A program made the position numbers and the translations under genes. From positions 28,706,001 through 28,770,000 of the forward strand of contig NC_043012.1 in NCBI RefSeq assembly GCF_006345805.1: DNA of 64,000 nucleotides, in the 5' to 3' direction. This DNA comes from Octopus sinensis. Lineage: Eukaryota. The notes under the pieces were generated by a model. The model was not told where the DNA came from, did no database searches, and saw only the letters and a list, made by a program, of their open reading frames with translations. Below, in pieces: positions 1 through 14,792 of the stretch; within the stretch, counting starts at the first letter, position 1; every line of letters starts with the position of its first letter.

Positions 1-799
1 CCTCGCTCTTCCTTCTCCTCCTCTCTTTCTCTCTCTGCCTCTCCCGGGAGAGTCCCAGTCAAAACACCGTAAGCTATGATTTTAATATAATACAAAGATA
101 TATCTAAACAATATGTCACATGTCTGTGCAACTCTTAATTTATCTAATTTGCTGCTGTGTTTTAAGTGTAGAATTGAACTTAATTATCCCGTCTTCAAAT
201 TTAATTAATTTCTCGAAAGTAACTTTTACCCCACGAACTATATTCTTATTACCCGCTCTCTAAATTCATTCCTCGCTCCCTCTTGCTCTCTCAGCCTCTC
301 CCTCTCTGCAAAGCAAAAGTTTTAGTTGCTACTAAAACCACGCTGGATGTTTATTTACAACCGAGAGAGTCCTTCAGCCAAAACATCGTAAGCTATGATC
401 TTAATATAATGCAAAGATATATCTAAAATATGACAAACCTCAGCAACTTTTAATTTATTTCTTGGCAGAATCTTTTCCAGTTTGGGCCGTAAGAAGCGCT
501 GCAGTAGGCACCTTCTCTCAACGGTTATGCGCCCGCTTTACCCACTCCCTCTACCATCTTCCCCTTATCATTTTCCCTTATGTCCAATATCTACCTCACC
601 TCCGTGTCTACAACCACTCCTAAGCAGTACTCCTATTCTCCCTGTCGATCTGAATTGATTATACTGAACTTGCTTTGTTAAATGGCTCCCTTCCCTCCCT
701 AGTTGATCTTCCTTTCCTTTTCCTTTCATTTATTTCTCTCTCTCTCTCTCTTTCTTTCTCTCTTCTTTAATTTTTTCTTTTCTCTATTGATGCCAAACC

Positions 800-3503
800 T
801 ACAGAAGAGTAGGAAAGGGTGAGTATCCGGCGCTTTCAAATAACCAGTGCTCCGGGTAGGCTGTATTCTTTAGCCTCGGACGGCAATCATCCTAGGTAAC
901 GGAACACTCTGAGTCCAAAACCAGGGGAGCAAATCTCTTTCGGCTTTGGCGGACAACCTCGATGGAGATGGTGTCTCGATAAAAATACCGGTTGGTAGTA
1001 ACCTAAAAACACACATCATTTGTGAGTGAAAATGTCAAGAAAAATACATGACGATAACGTTGTGAACGGGATTGGAACCACTGGTGAAGGTGCTGCACTC
1101 GGCAGGCACCCCACTGTGCAGCAGGGTGGGCCCGGTCTTAATCCCGCCACTACTAGCCATGCTACAAGACTTAAGTGGAGTAAACAAGTAAACAGTATGG
1201 TTATGGAGTGTTACTACCGGAGCACCCCAGTGGATTCGAATGGTGTGCCTGTCAGAGGGTACAGAAAACGAATGCACAGTGAATGGAAGGCAATGGAACA
1301 GTTCGAAATTACTGAACAGAGATTGTGCTACCAAACAAGAGCAATACGAAGGAATGGATGGTTAACAGAATTGGAGCTAGAAGCTATTAAAAGAAGGATA
1401 TCGGGTGGTGCTGGGCATCTGAGAAACGAAATTGGTATAGTGGAAGAGGTGGACACTTGCTCGCAAGAATATACTACAGTGAATTGTGAAAGAATTGGGA
1501 TCAGCGACTACTCAAACAATAAAGGTCGATTAATATTAGACAAGATTTGGGATTTATTAAATACAGAAGCATTATAATTTATGTGCAACTTCAAGAAAGC
1601 TAACCAATGGAGACTAAATCAAGAGACGGGTAAAGTGAATAGTGTATTAAAACACATCCAAACAAAGAACATCACACAAACAAATAATCTTATCCAGGCT
1701 GCAAAGTAGGATTGTGGCAGAAAGGATGGGATTGAGAACTTCTGAGTGACGGATAGAAGAGGAAATAAACAACCTTGGTGGAAAAGGAGAATTTCAGAAG
1801 ATATAAACTCTTTGAACAATGTAGTGTCAATATTTGTCAGGCAAAGAAATTCGAAAAAGTTAGAAAGAAGATACAATAGGCCTGAATGTTGTAATTGAAG
1901 AAATGAAGCAGCGCATACTTATAAAAAAAAAGCTAAGCTAACTAAGTTTGAACAACAGATTAAGCAATACCAGCAAAACAAATTGTTTAGAACCGACCAA
2001 AAAAGATTTGATCAAGAGATGATGATAAAAAACGTGAAAGATGCTGATGAAAGTCGACTTTTCTGGGGCAAGATATGAAGTAAGCAAGAACAACATAATA
2101 CTAGAGCTGAATGGCTCTGTAGCCTGAAGCAAACAGCTTCTTATCTCCAGCAAGAGGCTATCCACTTCACAGAAGACAGTATCAGAAATATGAATAAAAA
2201 GATAAGCAACTGGAAAGCAGCAGGACCTGATGATGTACAAGGATTTGGGATAAAGAAGTTCAATTGTCGCCATAAATTGATCGCAGAGCAATTTATTGCA
2301 TTGATCAATGGAAAAGAAGAAATCCCGGGCTGGTTGAGAAAAGAACAAAACGGTGTTGTGTCTGAAAATGCTGCTGACGATTACAGACCAATTTCTTGCC
2401 TACCATTCATATAGACGTTACTGTCAGGAGGAATTTCAGAACTGTATAAATTTCTTGATGAGAATGATATATTACCGACGGTACAAAAGGGCTGTAGAAA
2501 GTGATGCAGAGGTACCAAAGACCAATTATTGATAGATAAAATGGTAATGCAAGATCGTAAACAAAGGAGAACACATTTGGAAATGACCTGGATTGACTAT
2601 CGCAAAGCTTATGATATGATTCCACATTCGTGGATCATCGAGTGCTTAGATCTGTTTGGAATTGCGAGGAATGTGATGTGTTTCCTGAAGAGAAGTATGG
2701 TGAGGTGGAAAACTGAACTAACAGCTTCCGGAAAAAGCTTGGGCGCCGTGGGTATCAGAAGAAGGATTTTCCAGGTTGCTGCTTGTTCTCTGCATGATAC
2801 CCCTGACCTTGGTATGGACCTGGGGTATCAACTACAGGGAAAATCCCAAGCAATCAACTACCCTCTCTTCATGGATGATTAGAAACTGTATGGCAAGGAT
2901 GAGACGCATATGAGTTCCTTGGTGAATACTGTTTTAGTGCTGATATTAGAATGGAATTTCGACTCAAAAAGTGCGGAATAATCTACCTAAAAAAGAGGCA
3001 AGCTGCAGTCCCTACCAGGGATAAAACTACTGAATAGAGACTTGATTAAATAAATTGAACCGGAAGGCTACACATACCTTGGTGTACTATAGTCCAACGA
3101 TATAATGGAGAAGGAAATGAAAGAGCAACTGAGGATGAAATATTTCCGAAGACGAAGGTTGGTGTTGCGCTCAAAATTGACTGGATGGAATAAAATCCAA
3201 GCAGTTAATACGTGAGCGATAGTATCACTTCGGTATGGAGCGGGAATTGTAAAATGGCAAAAGAGAGAAGTGAAGAAAATGGATACCAAGACCAGAAAAA
3301 TATTGACAGTACATAGAGCCTTCCACTCTAAGAGTGATACCGATAGGCTGTACTTATCCAGAAGAAATTGTGGGAGAGGTTTGATCAGTTGCCAGGACTT
3401 TATCGAAGTAGAGGAAAACAGTTTATGGCGGTATACAAAAAGTGCCGTGGAGCCATTGTTGAAAGATACTAAGAAGGCCGACGTCATCAAAACTGAAGAT
3501 TAG
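800..3503 (+). mobile_element. Degenerate R4/Dong-clade non-LTR retrotransposon, 5' portion (fragment A)
   Basis: Broken frames give DYRPISCLP, GCRK..RGTKDQLLIDKM, WIDYRKAYDMIPHSWI, LFMDDL, RYGAGIVKW and DTDRLYLSRRNCGRGL. Many stops and frameshifts. 5' boundary approximate. Confidence 0.8.
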
Positions 3504-4820
3504 ATGAGACGAGGAAAGCTTGTCAGAACAGAAGGTATAGGTTTGCCAAGTGGGGAGATGATGAAGACAATTTAACCTCAATCCAGCTATAAATACCTGG
3601 CAATACTTGAGGCAGATCGAATTAAACACCACGACATGAAGGAAAAGGAAGTGCCTGCGGTGAGTGAGAACAATATTGGCTTTAAAGTTGGATGCCAGAT
3701 GCATGAACTCGGCAATAAACTTGCGCGCAGTCGGAGTAGTTCGGTATGGCATTGGAATACTGAAGTGAATAGAGGAGGCGCTAAAGGAGATAAACAGGGA
3801 GTCAAGAAAGCTCCTAACTATGCATGGAACCTATCATCCACGTGCTGACACTGATCGCCTCTACATGAAGAGAGCAAATGGAGGAAGGGGGTTAAGTGTG
3901 GAAGACTGTGTACGTATAGAAATCGAGAGCTTAATGAGATACCTACCTGAAAGTAAGGAAACTTTGCCAGTGACAGTTAAGAACGAGGGAGTTTTGAAAG
4001 CTGAGAAATAAAGAGAAAGCAAAGGAAGAAGCCGAAAAAGGACATAAAGACGAATTGCGCAACAAAGTACTATACAATCAATACCATGTAGCCACAACAG
4101 AAGTTTATGGCAAAAACAGGTGGGATTGGAAAGGGACACTAAAATAAGAGACCGAGAGCAGCAAAAGACCACAAACTGGAGGGTCAAACTTTGGAACGAG
4201 CAAGTGTCTTCTCTGTGCCGCATCTGTAAATAGAGTGGATGAAACCATTGCTCATATCACAAACGAATGCCCTGCGAGTTGTGGCAACATGATCAGGTAG
4301 CGAAAGTACTACATTGGAAACTGCGAAAAGTGTGGGCTAGAGAGAGGCAAGATGTGGTATGAGCACAAACCAGAGAGAGTGGCGGAGTCGGAGAGTAGTA
4401 AAATTCTCTGAGATTTCCCAATCCAAACAGATCAGGTGCTGGAGCATAACAGACCGGACCTTGGTGGTCGACAAGATGCACCACATGTAGTATATAGTTG
4501 ATGTTGCATGCCCTTTGCCCAACAAATAGTCAAGAAAGATGGCGAAAAAAATAGATAAATACAACTCTCTTAAGTACGGCTATTGAAAATGAAGAAAGTA
4601 AAGATAGTTCCAATTATTGTTGGGTCCTTGGGGACAGTATCAGAAGACATCAAGGAGAATATAAAAGAAATTGGAAAAGATAGTCCAGTAGAACTGTTAC
4701 AAAAGGCTTGCCTCCTTGGCACGATCAGAATAATCAGGAAAGGATCAGACAGCTGAAAAGAACGGATAGCAGGGTAGCGTAGGCTGCAGGAGTTTCAACA
4801 AAACCTGTAATAAAAAGAAG
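3504..4820 (+). mobile_element. Degenerate R4/Dong-clade retrotransposon, 3' portion with CCHC finger and restriction-like endonuclease (fragment B)
   Basis: YKYLAILE, HPRADTDRLYMKRANGGRGL, CRIC..ETIAHITNECP, HDQVAKVLHWKL, HNRPDL, IVDVACP and PIIVGSLG across frames. Ends in a (TAA)n tail from 4821. Confidence 0.8.
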
Positions 4821-4860
4821 TAATAATAATAATAATAATAACAATAATAATAATAATAAT

Positions 4861-5318
4861 AAATGCCCTGATGCAGTATAAATGCCCTGATGCAGTACCA
4901 GGCAGTGGCTCTCGTGGCTTCTGATCTTAACTGATTGGAATTGTTATCATGTACATTATTTTGTCTTGGTATAAAAGATGGGTTACAGCAAATATTCTGC
5001 TCAATACCACATATTTGCTTGTCAGTTGCTTGACCTTAACCAGTTGAGCATGTCCCTTAGTGGCTGACGATATAAGCATCTCTGATCGCGAGCAGAAGTA
5101 GTAAGGGGAGCATCATTAGGGTTTGAATAATTCACCTTTGCAAACATGGGTGTTTCGTTCAACATCCTTAAACAACCCTTATTCGGGGACCGTTTGAGCG
5201 GCTTGGGTTACTTGACTAGAAGAAAATTCTAACTGGGCCCCACCTGCAAGGTCATGTGCTGTTTATCTTAATATTTTACCCCAGTGTCAATTTGATGGCA
5301 TGCACTGCTCTCTCACTC
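4861..5318. mobile_element. Non-autonomous element embedded in (TAA)n, copy 1 (about 95 bp internal deletion)
   Basis: Colinear and highly similar to 20096-20624, with (TAA)n on both sides. Confidence 0.8.
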
Positions 5319-5398
<80 letters not shown>

Positions 5399-6013
5399 TA
5401 AAAAAACATAATAATGATAATAATAATAATCTACTAGACAGATGGAAGAGCATTGTAGAAAACGAAGGAGATTATATTTTAGGTTTTTGAAAAATAAAAG
5501 TATAAAAAACCGCATTATTTATGGGATTACCAATATATATATAATAATAATAAAGGGTAAAATCATAAATGATTTTTACCTAGTGGTCAGCGCGGAAATA
5601 AATTCTCGTAATTAAAATTTTATAAATATTTTATGAGAGAAGGATATGAATTCTACTTTGCAGTATATATCTGCGAGTCTCGAGGGGTATAAGATAAGCG
5701 AAAGCGCAGCTCGCTTGCGTATCCGTAGCCACTCGTATTTATATGCCTGGGTATACTGACGCTGATGAAGACAAAAAGGTAAAGTTTTTTTATTAGTTCA
5801 AGCCCGAAACACGATCATGTACGCGGTTAACCAAAGTTGTGCTTCATTTTCTTTCTTCTACTAGCCTATATATAGTGTTTTTCTCGGAGAATTTATGGTG
5901 GCAATAGTGTCTTTTGACGTCTAGTTTTTCAGTGCGTGGTGAGGCGCAAGCCAAGCCCTTGTTATAATTCTGCATACAATTATAATATATATATATATGT
6001 ATATATATGTATA

Positions 6014-6114
<101 letters not shown>

Positions 6115-6152
6115 TATATATACATATATATATACATATACATATATATATG

Positions 6153-6780
6153 TTAGCAGAAATACCTGTCATTGCCCGGGTTAAAGAAAATAATGTAATT
6201 TAAAACGCTGTCTAGATTATGTAGGCCTCAACTGCTAGTACCACAGTGCAGGTGTCTCCCCGGCCACTTCCTTGCTTTACAATGTATACACTCAGTTGTC
6301 ATTGCACCACTGGAAACTCTAGTTTCATCTGCACAGTGAACTGTCTGATCGTAATTGAAAGCTGCTTCATAGGAGTTGCGTCTCTGAGATGTTGCAACTG
6401 CTCTTCGTTCTGCAGTTGAGATCCCACCCGTTGTCAGCTGTGCATACCTCTGTTCATCCCTTTGAGATGCTCTGGCTTTTTCATAGTGCACAGTCTGTTC
6501 GTTTCTTGGCGTGCTTCCCTTTCTGCAGCTATCTCTCTTTCCTTGAACAGAGACATTCTTTTGGCTGACCTTGACATTGTAGACAAATTCGACACTTTTC
6601 TTCTGAGCATGGTTATATACGTATACAGAAATACACGGGTGCAGAAGATAGTAAGCAATGAAAATAACTTAGTAACAGAAATTATGTTTCTTAATACGAC
6701 AGTCAGAAAGTTAATAAGAAATTTCTACGGAAAATAAAGAATTGTACGGGTTGGAGCGAAATTTGTCACTCAGTGAACCA
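6153..6780 (-). mobile_element. Internally deleted Helitron (Rep N-terminal fragment joined to 3' terminus)
   Basis: AAFNYD...GAMTTECIHCKARKWPG resembles the Helitron Rep N-terminal AFNYD..M..CxxCxAxKW.GE region. The minus-strand 3' end is a degenerate GC hairpin followed by CTAA at 6156-6153. Confidence 0.6.
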
Positions 6781-9212
6781 AAGAGCCGGTATCAAAGGAA
6801 CCAGAAAAAACCGTCAACAACAGAAAAACAGGATCTAATTAAATTGATTCACAAAATCACCCCCTTTAATTTTGCTCAGATTACTTTCAGTTTTGGTGTA
6901 TCGCTGTAACTCTGAATTTTGATTACGATCAACCAATTATCTTATCTCCTAAATTAAAGAATCTGATGTTATTTGGAAATAAATTTGGGAAAATTTGGGT
7001 AATTTTAGCCAATCAACAGACAGCGATGTATTAACAGCTTGTTACCATGACAACTGCACCTTGTGTTTTGTTTCACTTCACTCGCACGTTGTGTTGTGTT
7101 GATTCTTCACACCACGAGATGTACTTCAAACATGTGTCTTGTTTTAATAAAAATTTATATTTATTAATTAGAATTTAATTGTAGATATTTTTCGTCCATT
7201 GTCTTAATATTTTACACATTTTTCATATATATTTTACATATATTTCGTAAAGTTGTTCTGTGTTTACATTCGTTGCAACGAATGCCTTTCAGTTTAAATC
7301 CATTTAAGACCAGAATGAGCCATTCTGTATTTTCATTGAAGATGTAGGACAACATTATTTAATGTGTTCTTCATTTTTATAATGTTAGAGCATAGTGTAA
7401 GGGAGATTTGGCTGTTCTTTCTAACAAATTGAACAACTACACAAAGATTACGTCATTGACTCATTTGCTGATATGTATCAGTAAACAAAAACTAAAGGAA
7501 ATGGATCTCCATCTGTTTCTAGGATGATCATTCCAGTTGTATGATCAACTGAGCTGGTTATACATTCAACTGGTACTATCAACACTCAAAGGATGAAAGA
7601 CAAAGTCAATAAAGGTAGAATCTGAACTCAGGAAAGGGGAAGACTGGGGTAAAGGAAGAGGGAAAGTGATGAGAATGAAGGGAGTGCCAAGAAATGTGAG
7701 AGAGGGTGGGAGTGCGAAAAAGAAAAGTGGAAGGAACGAAGAAAATCTGAAAGGGGCTAAAGGAAAGGGTAAGAGTCGTACAGAATTCATATATATATAT
7801 AGGAGACCAAAAGTGTACGTACGCCGCTATATGTATATATAAAAAGATCAAAACAAAAAATGGAATAAGAACGTAACAAGCGACAACAAAACATTCGGAG
7901 AGTAGATAGTGTATATATAAAAGAACGCAAATAGGTTTCAAAATTTACGACAATTGATTCTGTCGAATTAATTCTTGAGATTTGATGGCGGATTTCCTGA
8001 AATAAGACTGCACACCTCACAGTGCATTGTGTCATAATTAGTGCCGAGCGTATCGTGGGAGAATGATGGAAAATTAATGACGAAGAGTGTGCGACAGCTT
8101 TGACAGCACAGGGACATATTCATTTTTTTTTTTTTTTTACAGTAATTTTCATCTTACAATATCATCATATGACTTTGATCTTAATTTGTTTTCAAAACTA
8201 ATAATACACTTTTAGAAGCCAGAAACCAATCTTAAGTCAGGTCGAATTCTGGTATTGCACGATGAGGTTATCGAACATTTTATGTCTCAAAGAAAATGAA
8301 CAGAACTTACATGTAAGTATTTTAAGTAAATAAAATTACATGGTTTCTTATTTTTCAGTGTGTGCGTATAAGAAAATTATGGTTTATTTTAGAACGAACG
8401 CTTACAATTTATAGAGTATTATTAATTCATTTTACTTTAGTGCCGAATATCTGTATCCCAATTGAATTGAGTTTTCATTATTTATATTCTGGATCTTGGA
8501 TTTTGAATAGAAATAGTTTGTATCCCTAATTTGAGTAATACTAATGTTAGTCATAGCATGGTCAGTATTACAGCACACCCAATGACAACAACCACCATAC
8601 GCTACTGATCTATATATACATATATACGTACATACGTACACACTCACACACACACACACATTTATGAGCTATAACTGAAGAATTACAACGAATTGTCAAT
8701 ATAACGGATATTAATTTGCACGTCCAGCTTAACTTTGATGTGCTGTCTTAACGCCATAAACTGCAGTATATTGTCCTGTCTCGTAAACATGACAAATGCT
8801 AAAAACAACAAGTTATATCAGCAGAGGGATTTTGTTTGTACCAGTTTAAGACTACTGTATCACGTGATTCCAGCATATTTTTACATCTTCAGCAATAGAT
8901 ACCCAAATACTGAATGCTAGATTTATATATATATTTTATTCTTTGTAAGTCTAAGTTTTGAACCGTTAAGTTACGGGGATCTAAACACACCAACATCGGT
9001 TGTCAAGCGATGGTGGGTGTGACAAACAGACCATCTCCAATGAAGGTATATAATTAATAAATATCCTGGAAGCAGATGTAAGACCTTCTATCTATAAATG
9101 TTTTAATACCTACACAGCCTTAGTTTTTTATCTCATTACGCAAAAAATTCTTATATATATATTCTTATATATAAATACATACATATATATATATATATAT
9201 TCTTATATATAC

Positions 9213-9249
<37 letters not shown>

Positions 9250-9690
9250 CATTTGTACTCCACCTGCCTTCGTCTTTTGTTTATTTTCATAAAGCTTCCC
9301 TTTATATATATATAATATATTATATATATTATATATATATATATACATATATATAAATATAGGGAGGGTATTATTAAAATACCATCACAAGTGGTGAGCG
9401 AGTTATTAGCCGTACAGGCAAATTAATAAAATATATACATACAATATTAGATATGTACATATATACAGAAGGGTATTACATGAGTACCTATATCGCTAAT
9501 TATAGAAGTCAAAAAATACTTCTGTACCACCGAAAAGTCACAGATCTATTACAGACATGATAGGAAAAAACATTCGTGAACAATAATAATGTCTTACCTC
9601 AAATGAGTCAGAACAAGTAAATGCTGGTCAACTATTTATCTATCTATCGGTCTATATATGTATGTATGTATGTATATATATATATATATA

Positions 9691-9779
<89 letters not shown>

Positions 9780-12647
9780 CGCTTTGATATGCATGCCTTT
9801 TAACGTATACGAAAAGTGGTAAAAAAGATGGAAGAGGCAGAATGACAGAGAGTTACAATACGGATATAAAACACCTTTTTATTGATAGTTAAATACAATC
9901 GTGAGGGGAGGAGAGTGTAAATATCTTTCAGATAAACATTGAATGATATTGTGTTAAGATCCATGAAAGTATTTTCATATAGCAAGTATTCCAGCAGGGA
10001 CGAAGTTGTTATTAATACTACTGCCTATAATTTCTAATAAATGCATAAAGTTAGAAATATATAGCGCGTGGAACAGTGGATTTAATCTACCCCAATACAC
10101 TTCCGCTCCACCAGTCATTCGTTACATCTATCTGTGCTCGGACTGTCTTTACACAGAGGCCAACTAGACTCCTGCCTCCGCCGTCAACAAGAATGAATCT
10201 TCTCCTTTCATTCCTTTGCTCCTTATGGTCTTAAATCGCCACCTCTCTTCATCTAATAACAACACACACATATTCCCACGTATCTTCCACTTTTAACTGC
10301 CTCTAACCCTCCACCCCACCCTACACCTAACTCAGTACCGTCACCACACACACCATTATACAAACGACCATACACACTGTTCAACTCAGTACTCACATCA
10401 CGTCCATTACGCACACACCCACACAAACTCACACGGACATTCATTCCCACACCGTCCTACTCCACACACTAACACCAAACACCTCCCAGAACTCCTTTCA
10501 GTACTTACATACACACCATTCTGCACACACCCACTCACCAGCACCTCACCACACACACCATTATACGAACACACCTGAAAACTGTTCACATCAGTACCCA
10601 CACTACACACCATCATGCACACTCCCACACACACTCCCATGTACATGCATTCACACACATCTTCCTACTTCATACACACTAGTACCCAACACCTGCCAAC
10701 CCCTAACTCTCATCACTCCTATCCCAACTACTACCTCCGTGTATTCCCCCACAACACACAGTATTCACTCCTAGAAACACACACAATACACACGCACACA
10801 ACACGCCTGAACACAGACAATATATACACGCATACAACATGCATAAAGACACATAGCTTTCGCACATAAACATACGCAATACACACGCACACTATAAGGT
10901 CACACACACACACACGCACACAAACGCACGTACACACGTACGCACACACCACTTGAACAAGTACACAAGTGTATTTGTGTGCGTTTGCACACGCACACAA
11001 ACACACACAAACGCACAAACCCTACTCACATACACCACACACACACACACATACACTCAAACCCTACTCACACCACACACACACACACACATGCTCCCAT
11101 ACGCACACGAAAGCCCACATAATTTTAAGCGCTCGCCCCCATTCACACATACTCTAACATACACCATTCTTACACAACACGCTCTTGCGCACCCTAGTTC
11201 AGCTGGCTCACCATTATTATCTCCCTTTTACCCGGCCTCTTTCTTTCGTTCATTTTATTATGTTGAACTGCTAATCCCGACAAATTTTTCTGAGTTATTT
11301 TTTCCCCCGTTCTCTCTACAATTCTTCCCCTCTCAACGCTATTTTTCGAATAGCGTAGGCTGGAAATATCAGACTTTTCCATTCTTCCCTAGCGTCAAAC
11401 TAATATACCTGCTTGTTGTTACCCCAACATTCTTCGTCTTTTGTTGTCTGCTAACTTGAACTGCTTAAGTGATACTTCGTTTCGTCGATCCCAGTTGGAT
11501 CCCAGTGGCCTAATCTAGATTCACACTCGTAACAAAATGTATATAACTAAATACTGCACGACATTTTGCCTGATGAACTAAAAACACTGCCATATAATTA
11601 TGACAAATATTTCAATGTCACAAACTTTGGATAATAAAACAGTCGAAGTACAAAATCACACTACATGATCCATAACGCTCTTTTGTGATCTGCAAAGAAA
11701 TCTACTCGGAATCGACTTTGCTTTTCATCTCCGGTTAATAAAATATAGAACCAAATATTGTCGTTGTTTAACCTCAGGTCAGTCATGGTTGAGAAGACCT
11801 ATCATCAAAGGCATTTCTGCTTTTCCTGCCCCGGTCCTTCCATTCCCGATATTGTATCTAGGGCTATATTATGTAGTATTCCTTCTTTTTAAAGACATTG
11901 TGGAGTGATTTGAAAGGGTTTTGGCTGCTAATTCTACTATGTCGACTGACCGCATAAAGATTTTCGCATTATGAAACGATCAAGTACCGCGGTAAATTTT
12001 TACAGATGACTCCTCCAAAGTGTCTTTCAACGCATTATCGATTGCACCATAACATTGCTTATATAACAACTATTTTAATACACGAAATGCTAAATTCTGT
12101 GTCCGTTTATTTGTTTCTAGGATTCTTTCGATCCGCCAGATTGAAAGGACAATTGAATGGCTAATGTGAAAAAGAAGGAAGAAAAAAAAAGAAAGTCTTA
12201 TAAAGAATGGTAAATTGGATAGTTAAATAGATAGGTAAATTAACGAAGTACAAGGAAGAAGGGGAGCAGCCAGCAATCATTCAATATTCAAGTGAGAAGA
12301 CAGTGAAATATAACGAGAGATGGGGAAAGTAAGAGGAAAGGAAGTAGCTTGAGGTAAAAAGAAAAGGTTGGATGAAGATAATAGGAGGAACAGAGAAAGA
12401 GAAAGAGAGAGGGGGGAGAGAGAAAGAGAGAAAGAGAGAAAGTGAGAGAGAGAGAGTAAGAGGGAGAGGGAAAGAATATCAATGTGGGATACATTGGGGC
12501 ATGATATATATGCGCATGTATGTATGTATGCATATATTTGTGTGTGTATGCGTGTATATATATATACATATATGTATATAATGTATATATATATATATAA
12601 ATACGTATGTATATATATTATGTATGTATGTATGTATGTGTGTATGC

Positions 12648-12690
<43 letters not shown>

Positions 12691-12692
<2 letters not shown>

Positions 12693-13067
12693 AATATAAG
12701 AGGTTAACTCTAGTGCTAGAAATAGCTCCTTATTCTGGTATAGCCACCGAAGTTGTTTCCACAAAAGAAATAACATTACCTTTAACGATTGGACCGCATG
12801 GGTATTTATCGCCCGTGTGGGTCTAATAAATTGTATCGAAAAAAAATGCTGCTGATGATTTATAGATAAATATGTGAGTATAATTGCATATTATGTTGAT
12901 AAAGAAACAATTGTTCAGCATTAATTTATCTTTTCGTTGTATTTCGCTTTCCATACGTTGAAGGTAATGTTATTTCTTTTGTGGAAACAACTTCGGTGGC
13001 TATACCAGAATAAGGACCTATTTCTAGCACTAGAGTTAACCACTAAACGGTAACTCTCTTATATTTA
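12691..13067. mobile_element. MITE-like element with about 100 bp terminal inverted repeats
   Basis: 12691-12787 is the reverse complement of 12956-13067 apart from a short indel and a few mismatches. Non-coding AT-rich core. Confidence 0.7.
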
Positions 13068-13339
13068 CGTATAAATTTGCATTGTCTCCCTGGTTTTTTT
13101 ATGTGCTAGGCCACTTGGTGTTAAACTGATGATATTAAATTAATATCTAATTTTTCACCCTCATTTATGAATATATATATATATATATATAAATAGTTGG
13201 AAATTACAAAAATATCAACAAAACAAAAGACGAAGAGGGATGTTGTGTAAACAACAAATGTATTAGTTTAACGGTCGGGGAGTGAGAAAGTCTTTTACGT
13301 TTCGAGCCTAAGGTCTTCAACAGAAAGGAATACAGAAAT

Positions 13340-13401
<62 letters not shown>

Positions 13402-13649
13402 GGTTTAGTGGCTAGTTATCATTCACGGCAACGCTCAAATTTGTCCATGCGCATATATATATATATTATATAATATATATATATATATATATCTATACAC
13501 GCACGGACACTTTGAACGTTGCTTTATGACAAACGAATGGGAGAGGAATGCTCAACGTAAGTTGAAAGCCGTACTGGCATGCAACTGGAGTCTCAGATAA
13601 ATCCCTCAGTATCAGTTTCAGGGCAAAACTACAGACAGACCGACGCAGA

Positions 13650-13679
13650 CACATACACATACACCTTACATATATATAT

Positions 13680-13733
<54 letters not shown>

Positions 13734-13735
13734 TC

Positions 13736-13777
<42 letters not shown>

Positions 13778-13853
13778 TATATATATATGTATGTATATGT
13801 ATATATATATATATTATGTATATGTATATATATATATATGTATATATAAGATT

Positions 13854-13905
<52 letters not shown>

Positions 13906-14007
13906 TTTATTTTATTTTATAGAAGGAGCTTCTACAGGACTAGAACTGTTTCATTCAAAAGAAAAAAACATATATGTATATATATATATATATATATAAT
14001 ATATATA

Positions 14008-14095
<88 letters not shown>

Positions 14096-14133
14096 TACAT
14101 ATATTTAATATATATATATATATATATATGTAT

Positions 14134-14165
<32 letters not shown>

Positions 14166-14227
14166 TATATATATATTATATATATTATAATATATATATA
14201 TATATATTATATATATATATATATTAT

Positions 14228-14310
<83 letters not shown>
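13650..14310. repeat. Long degenerate (TA)n microsatellite, the largest of many
   Basis: Direct reading. Similar tracts at about 5985-6150, 17450-17775, 20650-20890, 40090-40520, 55135-55330 and 60220-60420. Confidence 0.95.
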
Positions 14311-14312
<2 letters not shown>

Positions 14313-14540
14313 ATTCGAGACAAAACCACTATTTTGCAAAACAAACAAGGAAAGACTAATCAATACATAAAAATCATGTGTGTTTTACGTGTGTGTATTT
14401 GTGTGAATGTATAGATAGTGGGATTGCTATATAGGTATGTTATTAAATATTATTCCATTCTTTCCATTTATAATTTTTTAAAAAAACGTTCGATCACCAC
14501 GCGCTAAGAATTGTTTATTTTCTTTTGCGTGTTTATGTAT

Positions 14541-14792
14541 GTGTGAATGTGTGTGTGTGTGTGTGTGATTGTTTGCGTAATTTATTTATCTGTATGGGTG
14601 TGAGGGAGTAAGAATAAGTAATGTGTTGAAGTATTTGGCTATTTTTTAAATTTATTCATTTATTGTTGCCTAGACGTTTTTATGAATAAATTTAAAAATA
14701 GCCAAATACTTCAACACATTACTTATTCTTACTCCCTCACACCCATACAGATAAATAAATTACGCAAACAATCACACACACACACACACATT

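Noticed and set aside
47-435. About 70-bp direct repeat near the window start
   Set aside because: Real but short and possibly truncated by the window edge; nothing assignable.
4890-5110. Short resemblance of the TAA-embedded element to U1/U2 snRNA words
   Set aside because: Matches of only about 10 nt, with no colinearity or Sm site.
13261-13330. PLE-terminal-like remnant with TTGAAGA...GAAACGTA on the minus strand
   Set aside because: Stem I and stem II do not pair convincingly, so it is not called a hammerhead.
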